A stretch of 64,000 nt of DNA from Callorhinchus milii (Eukaryota): positions 14,076,001 through 14,140,000 of the forward strand of contig NW_024704743.1 of NCBI RefSeq assembly GCF_018977255.1. Direction: 5' to 3'. Each line of letters starts with the position of its first letter. The first letter of the stretch is position 1. A program made the translations under genes and the position numbers. This document shows positions 25,423-38,029 of this stretch, piece after piece. The notes beneath the pieces were generated by a model. It was not told the DNA's origin. It made no database searches and saw nothing but the letters and a program-made list of their open reading frames with translations.

Positions 25423-26504
25423 AAGGAAACAGTGGTACAAACCCTGGACTATTCAGCATCCAGGAGCCTTTCCTCTGACCTTTCCTGCCGCCTCAATGCA
25501 GACCAGTATTTTCTGGGTGAGCATGGGAAGGCAAGAAGGCAACTGACCTATCCAAAATGTGGAATGAGCACAAAGGGAAAAAGCAGCATTCCTGGCAAAC
25601 CAAATGAGTCTGTGTATTTTTTTTGTCTGTCTATAATTTGTCAAGATTATAAAAATATTTAGTTCAGCATTGAAGAAATAGTTTTGAGTGACCTGTTTAT
25701 AAAATGCCAAGTGCTTTGTGAATTTTGATTTCAGAGTGACGTGCTAACACTCTGGAAAAGGGGATGAAATATTCAGTGCTGTCACTGTCTCAGTGTTGCA
25801 GATGAAAATCCTTGTATATTCTGTTGAGAGTTGTACTTAGGAATTGCAAGTCCAGATCGGGTGTCATAAGTGATCAATCATTCTCTTCCACTTATACTTT
25901 TTCAAAACATTTTTTTTTGTCAAATGAATTTGGTGGGAGATAGAAAAGCAGCAGTGTCCATTGGGATTGGTAACAGCAGCTCAGAGTTGCTCAGGGGGAT
26001 TGTCTCCTTCTCAGATGGATAAGACACTTGGACACTATTCGGAATGAGAAGGAAGTTTTTTCCCTGGTGTCCTGGCTCACAATCCCTCCCCACTCCCCAA
26101 TAGAATTGGATCCTGGTTCACCTTATTGAATCCTTTAACTTTATATTTTTACTGGTTGTAGGACATCATTATGTGCAAATTGGCTGCAGTGTTCATCTAC
26201 AGATATAATCACTGTATTTAACAGGAAAAAAATTCTGAAGCGCTTACTTGAAAGTGTATCAATGTTATAGGCCCTGTAATCTAAGATCATTATTAAACCT
26301 GCCAGTAATATAATTTCTGATTAGGAGATGCCACCAGTCTCACCGGTTACCACTGTTATTTAATCCTGTGGGCAACTGTCATTGTTTCGACCCCACCCGT
26401 TATGTGTCAGTATTTATATCTGATCTGCTGTGTTGGATAAATGAAGCTGCTCTGAGCTCCGGTTTCAGCTATGTTGTACCTGCTCATAATGTGTTTACTT
26501 TCAG

Positions 26505-26584
26505 GAGATATAAATAGGCAACTGAGCGAGTACAAGTTCAAGCTGTCGAAGGCAGAACAGGACAATGCTACCCTCGAACAGAAT
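26505..26584 (+). CDS. LRRFIP2: LRRFIP2 exon (R)[26 protein letters not shown]
   Basis: cag/gtaagt; 80 nt phase 1-0. Confidence 0.96.
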
Positions 26585-26854
26585 GTAAGTGCTGTCAGAC
26601 TTTGCATTCAATACATCTCTTAAAGTTCCAACCGCTGGATGTGTTTCAGGAAGTTAAATGAGTGGCAGATGTTGAGGTGGATAATGTGGTGTTTGCAATA
26701 CCAACCCATACTTTAGGAAAGGAGGATGTGTGCCCCAGCATTCATGCCTCTCCCCTCTGAAACTCCCTCCCGCTCTCTCTCTTCAAAAGCTTCCTGAACA
26801 CTGACTGTTGCACAGTGAACCCCATTCACTGCACAGTGGCCACTTAATTCCTGC

Positions 26855-27195
26855 ACAACAACAACAACAAATTACATTTGTATAGCACTTTTCATGTTGG
26901 GAGGACGTCCTGAGACGCTGGACAGTTAAGGATTTGACCCCAAGCTGGGGGTTGGGATCAGGATGGGTGGAGGACAGGGAGAGTAGGGCGAGGAGGGTGA
27001 CTGAAGCTGTGGTCGAAAAGGAGGGTCTTTAGATGGGCCTCGAAGGAGACAAGGGAGGGAGTGAGGTGAAAAGACTGTGGGATGAAGTTCCAAAGGGTGG
27101 GGGCAGATATGCTGAAGACCCGACCGCTGATGGTGCAGCGGGCGGGAGACATGGAGCAGGCCGGATCCTGCTGAGCGGAGGGAGCAGACAGGACA
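26855..27195 (-). mobile_element. L2-clade LINE 3' end
   Basis: (CAA)n tail, stem-loop, APTLWN...FEAHLKTLLF. Confidence 0.88.
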
Positions 27196-28499
27196 TTCAA
27201 CAGCCGGCTTTTGTGCTTAAATGGCTGACTTCCAGCTCATTAGGTCACCCCTGACATCACTTCCTGCATTGTGCATACAAAGTATGTCCGCTGTGTATGT
27301 GTGGGGGTTCGATGGATCGACCAGTGGATATTTTTGATTTATTTCTGAGGAAAGACACACCAGAGGAAACCTGTTTAGTGTTGGAATTTGTATATATCTG
27401 GTGCGAGTATGACTGAGTCTCGTCTAGACTTGCACCTTCCTGCCTTGTGCTGTTGATATTAGAATTTTAGGGCGAGTCCAATGGGAACATCGCTGATCTG
27501 TTCCTGCTTCACCCATATTTAGATGTCAGTGGTAATTTTCTCTCTGTGAAAGTGGTGGGTTGAATCCCTACATTGTGCTAGCCCTAGTTAAACTAATTTC
27601 TGGCATTCAATGGATTGAGGTATTGGACTGAAAAGAAATGCAGCCTAATTCTAAGGGCTCCCTATCTCCCTTCTTTCAAAGTTTGTCTCAAAACGTACCT
27701 CTTTGATCCGCGCTTTCGGTGATCCCCATCCCACGCTCCTTGGCTCCCATCCCCAGCTAGGGTTTCCATTCATCACTCTAAATGCGCTTTGGGACTCCTC
27801 CTGACATGAAAGACACTATATAAATTGTCTTGTATAATTTAATGAGGATTGCAATTAAATAAAGCCTTGAGCCTCCATTGGTATTCATTGTGCAATCCTG
27901 CTGTTCGCTTAATTATTTCGTTTTAAACCAACCACTGATGTACTTTTTCCAATTAAGGGATTCATAAACTTTTCTCTACAATGACTTCACTGAAAATGGG
28001 TGTTAGGTCATTGTTGGCTCGAAGGCAAGGGACTCGTGTATTAAATTCTCTTGATTTAAGAGCAGCACCACCCAGTGGCTAAGATCAGCATTGGATGATT
28101 ATTCCAGCTGCTGACCAAAGCTTTAGGTCCTAAACACTCTGCGAAATGCAGTTTTGAAGGACATTGTGGATCTGTGTTAATGTCACACTGCAGGGTAAAT
28201 ACCAGTGGAAACGATTGAATTGTCGGTATTGTGGCTTAGAGTTCATCAACTAGTTAAGAAAGAATTAGATAGGTGAAAAGGAAGAATATTATGAAATCAG
28301 GTATGTGGAACAAGCAAGCAAGAACATGGGCTTAAACTAGGCAGCTCATGTGGAGAAATCCACCAGTGCAGATCTGACTGGTTTAAGCGTTCTGAGATGC
28401 TTCTCCATGTTTAGGGCTCTATATAAATGTAAGTTTTTGCTGTTGAATGCCTCTTTTTGTGCTGTAATATTCAATGGTGCACCTTTCGTGGGTTTACAG

Positions 28500-28604
28500 G
28501 TCTCCAGACTGGAAGGACAGGTGCTTCGGTACAAATCTTCAGCTGAAAATTCAGAAAAAATAGAAGATGAACTGAAAGCAGAAAAGAGGAGGCTGCAGCG
28601 GGAG
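28500..28604 (+). CDS. LRRFIP2: LRRFIP2 exon [35 protein letters not shown]
   Basis: cag/gtgagg; 105 nt phase 0-0. Confidence 0.96.
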
Positions 28605-28769
28605 GTGAGGGCAGCTGAAAGCTGCTTGGCTTTTCATAATCAAGTGTAATTTTTCTGTCTCCACCTCATACCAGAATAGAGTTGCTGACATAATTAATCA
28701 CTTGTCTCCGAAACAGTTCCTAGAATTACAGTCCATTACTTTAACTTTTGTACTCCTATCCTCGCCCCA

Positions 28770-29705
28770 TCCATTTTCTCATGTACGTGCTCCCTCTGGG
28801 TGACATCATCCTCAGACATGGGGCCATCTTACACATGAATGAGGATGACACCCATATCTACTTTTCCACATCCAGTTGTTATCCAAGATCCACTGATCCC
28901 AGGTTATTTCTGCTTGCTTGTTAGACACCAAGGCCTGGTGCCTGACAAGCAACTTTTTACAGTTTAATATGGACAAGATATCCTCCTTAGTTTCATTCAA
29001 TATCTCCTCATCACTGGCTTCAATCTCCCTGCCTGTCTCCTAAACTCACCTAACCTACGCAAAACCTAGGCATTGGTTGAATCCTCAGCTGTCTTTCCTG
29101 TCCCACATTTGGTCACTGACCAGAACTGTTTTCCTCCACATCTACCACATTGCCTGCTTCCGATCTTCTCAAATTGAATGGTGCCAAAACCCTCACGCTC
29201 ATCTTTGTCACCTCCTGCTTTGAATTACCAAACACATTCCTTGCTGGTCTCTTCAGTTACACCATCCACAAGGTTCAACTCATCCAAAACTCTGCTGGCC
29301 ATATCCTCACATGTACCAAACTGTGCATGCCCTTCAGCTCAATCCTCGCCAAGATCTGCTGACTCTGTCTCTGATCAGATCAACTTCAAGATCCTCACTC
29401 TCATAGTACAATTCCTTCACGCCCTTTTAGCTTCAACCATTGACAGTTTGTGCCCCACTCCTCTGCCCACCCCCTTCGCTCATCTAAAATAAGCCTGTTG
29501 CGTGTACCCACAGTTTGTCTCCATCACCACTGATGGCCATGTCTTCAGCTACCATGCTCCTAATCTCTGAAACTCCCTGTCTTGATCCCTCTGCCTTACC
29601 CCTCTATTTTTAAATCACACCAAAAGACCGACTGCTTCTACTGGTCATCCAACCGCACACCTATACATTATCCTATGTGAAGGGTACTTATATAAATGAA
29701 AGTTT
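28770..29705 (+). mobile_element. Older L2-clade LINE fragment
   Basis: Decayed HKVQLIQNSA, FKILTL remnants. Confidence 0.8.
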
Positions 29706-30261
29706 TGTTAACAAAATAATGAATGAAGGGAAAAAGAGTCAACAACATTTGTGTTTATATTGCGCCTTTCACGTGGGGTAGCATCTCAGAGCACTTAATT
29801 GAATTCCCACAATTTGAAGTTTAACCATGTCTCCATTTCCTCAATTGCTAAAATAGAACAATGTTTTTGTTAAAAATGCAGAGTAAATTAGCAGTTACTA
29901 ACACAATGGCTTTTTGAGCAAAGTTTAAAAAGTGCATTCAAAGCAGAACCCTGGCTAAACTCTGTTTGCGTCTATATCACGGGTTTAACTTTGTATATGT
30001 GCCACGTTTATCTATTTAACAGTATCAAATGTGCAGAAGAATGTATTAGAAATCGATGCCAGCTCATTTCATGTTTTTAGAAAGTTAACAATTCTACATT
30101 TCTTATTGAAAATCCATTAAGTTACTGCAAATTAGACACCCACCCCCCTCCCCTCCCAAGAGTGTTAAATTATGGAGTTTTTGACTGGCTTTATTTGTGG
30201 ATTTTTTTTCTCTGTGTCTTGAGAATAATAAACTTGCCGTCTTGTTCCCTACTCACATCAG

Positions 30262-30372
30262 TTACGATCAGCGATGGATAAGACTGAGGAGATGGAGATG
30301 ACCAATAGCCACTTGGTGAAGCGGTTAGAGAAAATGAAGGCTAACCGGAATGCACTACTATCTCAGCAGTAG
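30262..30372 (+). CDS. LRRFIP2: LRRFIP2 terminal coding exon [36 protein letters not shown]
   Basis: cag acceptor; TAG at 30370-30372; matches the human C-terminus [17 protein letters not shown]. Confidence 0.96.
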   Translation, partial: LRSAMDKTEEMEMTNSHLVKRLEKMKANRNALLSQQ

Positions 30373-31288
30373 AGAGCACTTCATCCTAACCTAACAAAAC
30401 CTTACTTTGCATCACAAATTAGACCTTTATCCATTGGCACAAACACTTTCAAACATTGGAAGGTGTCCTCCAATATCGTTCTAGTTTTATAAATGTTGGC
30501 GTACAAATTTTGTAATTTATGAGCGAATGGTGACCCGATCCAGTGTCTACTTGTTGATAATTGTGAACTGTATTAACTGTTTAGTTCAGTGGGTTAATTA
30601 TAGCCTATATGAAATGGGTTGTGTATTTGGGTTGTGTATGAGTGATTGATTTAGTAGCAAAATGCAAATAGGATGGCTGTTCATGGCTTTATACATCAGA
30701 TTGATTTACATAATCTTCCGCTGCTTAGAAATGATGCTGAGGGAATCAGTGCTGTGCGTAACACTGTCACAAATAGTAACCCACTCTGGTAGCAGACATT
30801 CACTGCAAATAGTGACTCCTGCCAATAATCGTCTGTTCACCTTAAATAGCAACCTCTGCCGGCCGGTAACTGAGCTGCAGTGCAAGTAATGACTCCTGAC
30901 AGTTGCTCTTTGTGATTTCTTGATATAAATGTCACGTGTTAGACCCCGTTGGGCATTTTGAAATGGAAGATTGTAGGAACAGAACAGACAAGATAACCTT
31001 GAAGGGCTTGTCGAAAAATCTGTTTTTGTTATATGCCAATAATTATACGCACCCACAATGCAAGAATCCCCACAACACATTTGAAGTGCCTTTTTGCATG
31101 GTGCAATGGAGATTATATTGATCTGGTGGTTGAATGAACAAAATTTATGATCTGTTCATTTGCTATAAAATATTTTAATCGATGTATTTAAAATGGGTAC
31201 ATTTTTGGGAAGCATTGTATACAATGAAACTGCTGCGGTTCATTTTTCATGGTTAAGAACAAATTCAATATTAGTCTCCATTTTTTGT

Positions 31289-31431
31289 ATTAAAAAACAC
31301 ATATTCTGGTGAATAAATTCAGGTTGCAGGTGAGATTGGTAGATTTTTGCATTGGTCATAAATGCCCCTGAAGTTGAGGTTTGTAATACAGGAAACCCTT
31401 TACTACCAGGGTTAAAACCAGTGCAAATAAA
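31289..31431 (+). terminator. Candidate LRRFIP2 polyadenylation signals
   Basis: ATTAAA 31289, AATAAA 31312 and 31426 after about 0.9-1 kb of AT-rich, apparently repeat-free 3'UTR. Confidence 0.5.
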
Positions 31432-31824
31432 TTGTTCCCTTTTGTATTAAGTATTGGAATGCATCTCCAGAATATTACTTGTTGCTTGTGTATAAAGGTT
31501 TGGTCTTTCTGAGTGAATGTGAAGCTCTGATATTAAATGAAACTATGGACACTTTATACAACAAAGCCACGGAATGTGATTTGTTTTCCTAAACTGAGTA
31601 TTAGTGAACATATATGGTGCCCAGATACTATGCACTAATCCTTCAAAAGTGGTTAACTTAAAATGACTATCCCTCATTAACTTCATCAGCCATTTTGATA
31701 ATGTTTAAACAGGATGTAATGAAGAAACCTCGTGTGATTGTCATTTGCCAAAGTGGAAGTCACAAACCAACCACAACTGGTCTGATTGCAACTTTTTCAT
31801 CAATCGGAATTGACATCCAAATGC

Positions 31825-32107
31825 AAGGATAATAGGATTTATAGCATCTCCTCATAGCATTGAAACATCTCAAAATGTTTTGTAGGATTTTATTGTAAAG
31901 TGTAAAGACTGCATTTTTTTATCAGGGGATTGTTAGCCAGGACACCAGGAGAAACTCTTTGAATAGTGCCATAGGATGTGAACAGCAGACAGGACCTTGG
32001 GTTAACATTTCATCAATGTTCTCCAGCATTCCAGTGACGTGTCAGTCTAGACTGAGTTCAGAGTTTCAGTGTGGCACTTGAAGACACAACTGAACCAGGC
32101 TGACACC
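31825..32107 (-). mobile_element. Deu-domain-type SINE, family B
   Basis: Reverse-complement core (GCCAGGACACCAGGAGAAACTC) and tail; lies between the two gene ends. Confidence 0.65.
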
Positions 32108-34437
32108 ATGTTGAGCTGCAAATAGGACTGACTGCAGTATGTCTTGCAACCAGTGCCAGCGAAATTTATTTCTAGGTTGGTTCTCAGAAAGTGCCAACAG
32201 TCAGTGGAAGACTAACAAGAAGAATTTTATGTTCAAATTGTCTGTCTAAAGTGAAGCAATATTTCCCAATGGAAACTGGACTTAGCATTTGCTGAACTTG
32301 AAATCCATCTGAAACAACTTTGTGTTTGAGTGAAATGTCAATCCGTGCCTGTTAAATTGCTATAAATGTATTGCCACAAGATGGTCTCGGGTCTTCTCAC
32401 TGATTCCTAAATTGTACTTATTTTGGGGGGATGCTGTAGATTAAGGTTTCATCACCTTTGGGATTTGTTTACAAAGATCTGATCTGTTTTTTCAGATTTT
32501 CTTCGCTGTTCACAGATACACTAGCATTTAATTTTGCACAAGATATATATGCTCAAGATATTAAACAGAAGTGTGACTTAACCTGATCTGAGCAGTGTGC
32601 CCAGGAACTGACCAAGTGCCTCATCCAAGTGGGGTGTGATATCCTTTTTGCAACAACTGCTGGAGGATAGTCTTGACTTCCCAGTAACACACTAACCATT
32701 ATTACTGTGTTAATCATCAGCAACTTGTACTTATATAGCGCCCTCCACGCAGGGCATCGTCTCAGAGTGCTTAATCAATCATCGCAAATACAGTGTTGGG
32801 TTTTGAACTTAGAACCTGATTGTTATTCTTGTGGGGCTTTCTTTATGAAATATCTTCAGCAAAGTTTTTGTGTACCAAGAATGTAAAGCATTCTTCAGCC
32901 AATGCTCACAAAAACGTGACTACAAATGGGATTAGAACATCAAAATGAAAGCATATTCATTACACAAAGTTATCGCAAGCGAGTTCAAGGGTTTCTTTAG
33001 TTGTGACTTCAGCTTTTACATTGCACCTCAGAGCGACAACACTACAATCAATAGTTCAACTGCTGCTTATTCATTTGAAAACCACAAGGTTTCTGTTTGC
33101 AGAATCTATCCTGTCATTTCACAAAGGCTGCCACAGGATCATGCTCAAAACTGTTGCAAGCTTCCGAATTACCCCCTCCCTCACGGATGCGGAAATAATG
33201 GTAACTTTTGCCCACAAATGCAGTGATTCCACTTCACAATAAATCCAGTGAAGCGCTTTGGGATGTGCTCGTAATGTGAAGGGCACTATTACCAAATGCA
33301 AGAATTATTAATGGTAGTGCAAACTACTGAGATATGCCTGCAGAGCAGGTAACTCTGGCCCTGGTTGCGCTGCTGTGTTTTATGTAGCGAGTCACGGAAA
33401 GCAAACATTAAAATATCCTCATTATGTGTGAAACATATGTTGGAATTTTGCTTTGTTCTGATTTTCCTCTTTTTCATTCAATGTGTCAAAAGCCACTAGA
33501 GATTCTGAACCTGGAAGCGTTGGGGGAATCTACCAGTTGCCCTTGATAAGCATTCAATGGAAGTTCAGCAAAAGGCTAAAGTGAGATTATTTTGGTGATG
33601 TTATAATAGAGGCTTGTAATTCATTGCCCAGGTAGCCATTACTCTATTTTCAGTCTCATTAAACAGCTGGTTTGAACTGGTCATTAATTTGTGTTAGTTA
33701 CTTCTGCATGTTCCTGACCTATACTTAAGGAGTCTATGTGGTACTGTATAAAATAAGAACTTGTAGCCTTCTAAGCTGCTACCATGTGTGAAAGGGATCT
33801 CTATAAATCCAGATTGCAGTTTTATGGCATGTTATTCACATTGTTGTTCTGTGTGGAAAAGGATCCTATCTGGAATTGTAAGATTTGACCCATTATCTGG
33901 CAGCAGTTGTAGACAATCCCATTCTGCAAGTGCTTCTCTGAGCCAACTGCAGAGCATGCTAAAACACAGCAAAAATACATCACTAGAGAACTGTGATAAA
34001 CACTGAACGTTCATTTAGACCTGTGGTGGACAGAGTGGTTAATTCCACTACTGGCCTTACCTTCGAACCCAACAACATCTCACTCTGGATGTGTGGAAGG
34101 TCCTCTTGCTAGTCACACTGCTGCATTGTTCAAATGGTTTAAGTCTCAGCTTTCGTGCAAGGACTGTTCACCTGAGAAATTGTGAAAAAATATATTGAAG
34201 CAGAAATTAAAAAAAAGGTGCATAATTGGTACCATCCAAATGAGCAGGTGCTAGGATGGTGCTGAAGACAGTGCTATGGTATGGAGTTGCAGCACTGCAA
34301 GAACTGACATCTTACCCCAAGCATCTGGTTGGAAAGAACTGAAAAAAATTATACCAAAGTGGAGTTGATTGTAGCAAATCACAGTCCTTTACTTTGGTGT
34401 ATTGTGCTAAACACAGAGTCAGACTCAGTATTAACCA

Positions 34438-34443
34438 TTTATT
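34438..34443 (-). terminator. Candidate MLH1 polyadenylation signal
   Basis: TTTATT on + (AATAAA on -) about 230 nt downstream of the MLH1 stop. Confidence 0.55.
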
Positions 34444-34669
34444 TAGAAAGTAGTTGCTTAGGTAATCATCTACAAAAAGAATGCAGATTCAGTACAGGTC
34501 ACATTATTGTATTAGTTTATGCAATAACCAAACTTTCCCATTTTGAATTGAAAGAAAATATTGCATAATGTGAAAAATAAATAAAGAACATGGTATATAA
34601 AAATTATACAAAATATATTCTTCACTCAACCCACCCACACAAATGTTTCATAGGCCCATTGAGAATCAG

Positions 34670-34834
34670 TTAACACCTCTCAAATACTTTGTATAGGTCT
34701 GGGAGATTGGCAAGCTGCAGAATTGTTCCATCCTCTGTAAAGCGCTTGGGAGGAAGGAGGCGAGTCCGGAAAGCTTTGGAGACCACATGCTCCACAGTCC
34801 ATTTCCAACTTGTGTCGCTGCCCAGAACCTCTGG
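34670..34834 (-). CDS. MLH1: MLH1 exon 19 [16 protein letters not shown]...[14 protein letters not shown]
   Basis: tag acceptor; C-terminal FERC motif then TAA. Confidence 0.97.
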   Translation of the reverse strand, partial: PEVLGSDTSWKWTVEHVVSKAFRTRLLPPKRFTEDGTILQLANLPDLYKVFERC

Positions 34835-35848
34835 CTAAAAACAAATCACATGTTTAACAGAAATAGCTTTCAGTTAGCAGTAGAAGCACTAACATGCTGG
34901 TTTTCCAACCTTTAAAATGGCCAATTTAATTTGTTTGTGGAAACCTGCCACAATTCACAGAATCGTAACAAATCACACATTGGTGCCAATAATTAAAAAA
35001 TACCTCCAAATGTTTCAGAGAGTTTGCAATCTAAGTCAATACCACCAATTGTATTGTCCATCCTAACATCCAGTCAGTGTTGACAGCTGATTTATAGTGG
35101 TGCCCTCTCAGTAATATGCAGAAATTATCCTTCACTGTTCCAGAAAAGACTAACTATAAAAGGTCTAGAAAAGACTACATTCAATTAATAATGTCTTTAC
35201 AATTTTAAGCAATGTGTAAAACGTGTGGAATAACTGAAACTCAGAATGTTAACAGCACAGAATTAGGCCCAGATGATTTTCTCCACATGAGCCACCTTGA
35301 CTAATCCCACTCCTGCTTGCTCCCCTTTAGGACACGGAAACCCTATCATTGAGCTTTAACTCACTTACAGGCCAAGTCTACTCTGGACTTGTGCTGACTA
35401 GAAGCATTGTACACCCGGTTTCTGGTGTTGAATGCGCAGCTTCCCGCACTACATAGTGGCTTATTTCCGGGTTGACAAGCCACATAGCCTCTGACGTCAT
35501 TTCTTGCCCATATGAAGAACCGCTAACATCACTCCCTGTCTGCTGTGCACGCGCACTCTGTGCTGTTGACATCACTTCACACAGGAAGACAAGTCAGCCA
35601 TTGTTTTGAGCCTCACTTATAAGGCAGTCACAGATATTAGATCCAATCGACAACACTATAACAAAGTATTCCTTATTTCAAGCACATAAGAAGTGCTGTA
35701 GGTGGTGAACTTGCTGGTTGGAGCACAATTCCTGCCAGTCGGGAGTCAGGTTGGTGCTTGGCCATTACAGTCAGTAATATTCTTCCTGGAGAAGCTTTAT
35801 AAAACATTGAAACTACAGACACAAATCACAACAGCTTGTAAAATGTAC

Positions 35849-35971
35849 CTGCTGGCCCAGACTGGGTGATGCCTGACGCTCATCCAGTATGTATTGGCTT
35901 CTGATGGAATAAAACATGCTGCATTCTCTGCTGAAAGTTTCAAAACATTCCTTCTCTTCATCCCAGTTCAC
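35849..35971 (-). CDS. MLH1: MLH1 exon 18 [24 protein letters not shown]...GQQ
   Basis: cag/gtacat; 123 nt phase 0-0. Confidence 0.96.
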
Positions 35972-36189
35972 CTGCGTATAATAGAAAGGTATTACCCTTT
36001 GGGAGTGTTCTATTGTACTTTATGAGGGCATTACTTTGCATTGTCAACAAAACCACGCGAAATCCAGGACACAAAAGCAATGTGTAACTGTCAGTCTCGA
36101 GTAAACATTCAATTACTTTGTTCGCTGCAGATTTTTCTGTGTGCAATTTATCTGATTACCTGAATTGCTGTGGAACAGCAATCATATGA

Positions 36190-36618
36190 GTTTGGCTCAG
36201 TTGGTAGCACGGGAGGTTGTGCGTTCAAGTTCCACATAGGAATTTTGAACTCATAGTCTAGGCTGACACTCCAATGTAGGGAACGCTGCACTGTCGCTCT
36301 TATAGAGATGTTAAACCAAGATTCAGTCTGCCTGTTCAGGACATTTACCATTAACCATGCCAGTTTCTCCCGGTGTCCCAGACATCAACCCCGCAGAAAA
36401 TGTGGAGGAATATACTTGTGGAATAAGAATAATCCTTGCATTTCATATAGAACCATTCATGTGGTTGAGATATCTTAAAGCACTTCACAGGATATACTGC
36501 AAAGTGAGTTTTACGGGCAAACATTAGTAAGTGCAAACTCGCTTCCACAATTAGAAGTTCTTTGGGACATTTTGATGTAATAAGGTATAATATCAAATGC
36601 AAAGATTATTATTATTAT
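36190..36618 (+). mobile_element. Deu-domain-type SINE, family B
   Basis: GGCTCAGTTGGTAGCAC head, GAGATGTTAAACC core, (ATT)n tail. Confidence 0.7.
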
Positions 36619-36744
36619 GCATTATTCACTACTGAACTTCAGCAGTAATCCTGGGGCCATTCAAATGTCCTGAGCTGCAGTGGAATCAATCAAAGCAATG
36701 AACCGTTAGCCAATCTGCCCCTTGATGAGCCGCCGGTTCCACGT

Positions 36745-37566
36745 GTGGGTTCCAAACTTCCACACATTTGCGGATGACACATAAATCTACTTCTCCAGCT
36801 GCAACCCCAGGTCCGCCCATGTTTTCTCTGCTTGTCTGGTGGACATCAGGGCCTGAATGAGCAAAAACTTCCTACAGCTCATTGTTGACAAGATGGAAGC
36901 CATACTCATTGGTTCCCGTCAACGTCTTCTATCCCATGGCTCTGACCTCCTCAATCTCCCCGGCCTATCCGTCAGACTTACCGAACAAGTGCAAAACCTA
37001 GGCATCAGGTTCGACCCACAGCTGTCTTTTCTTCCCCACATCCGGTCCCTGACCAAGACCACGTTCCTCCACCTCCACCACATTGCGCTGCCTTTGACTG
37101 TACCTAACCCCAGATGCAGCCAAAACACTCGTCCATGCGTTTGTCACCTTCCAACTTGACTTCTCAAATGCCCTCTTTGCCGGTCTCCCCAGCTCCACCA
37201 TGCACAGGATCCAGCTGATCCTCTGCCACCCGCCTACTCATCCACATTAAACTTCATACCCCCATCACACCAGTTCTAGCCAGGCTCCCCGGGCTCCCTA
37301 TCACCGAACGGATCGATTTCAAGATCCTCACACTCGTTTTCAATGCCCTGGCACCTCTTTACCTCTCCAACCTTCTTAACCCACAACCCACTGCCTCCAG
37401 TTGACTGGCACCGGCCTTCTGCATGAGGGTTCCACCATTGGTGGCCATGCTTTCAGCCACTTCGCCCCGAAACTCACTCCCTGGCTCAGCGTCGTGCTCC
37501 GCCATTGTTGAGCGTTCTGGGACACTACCTGCGTAAGGGACGTTATATAAATGCAAGTTGTTGTTG
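36745..37566 (+). mobile_element. L2-clade LINE fragment (MLH1 intron 17, antisense)
   Basis: FADD remnant, NFLQL, NLGIRFDPQLSF; (TTG)n tail. Confidence 0.88.
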
Positions 37567-37639
37567 GGTCAATAACCTCCAATGCTCCTGCTGTAACTGA
37601 GCTTTCAATGTGATTGAAGATGAAACACTGAGTACCTAC

Positions 37640-37732
37640 CTCTGTAGCCAGCCGCAGGACAAACATTGGAAGCCCCTCCAAAGCTGGAATGTAGTTCTCC
37701 AGGAGTAGAGGTAACCCAGTGAGATTTCCCTC
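37640..37732 (-). CDS. MLH1: MLH1 exon 17 [31 protein letters not shown]
   Basis: cag/gtaggt; 93 nt. Confidence 0.97.
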
Positions 37733-38029
37733 CTGTGAATAATCAGAAATAGAAATATCCCAGAATGGCTGGTTCTTGATCCTCTTCAAAATCATTCACA
37801 ACCTGCAGTGAGTCACACTCCATGGAAAATAGAAGGGATGTGCTGCTACCAGGTGGTCAGTAACCAGAATGCAGAAAATTAATATTTTATTCAGCTTTTC
37901 ATTCTTCCCCTCGAGTTTAAGACTTTAAGGTGAAGGGTCAGGACAAGGTGCTTCCCCTTTTAGTCCCGGGAACTTGTGCTACTTGAGTTGTTGCTTCCTG
38001 GCTTCGCTCTTTCCCTGCATTCCTGCAAT

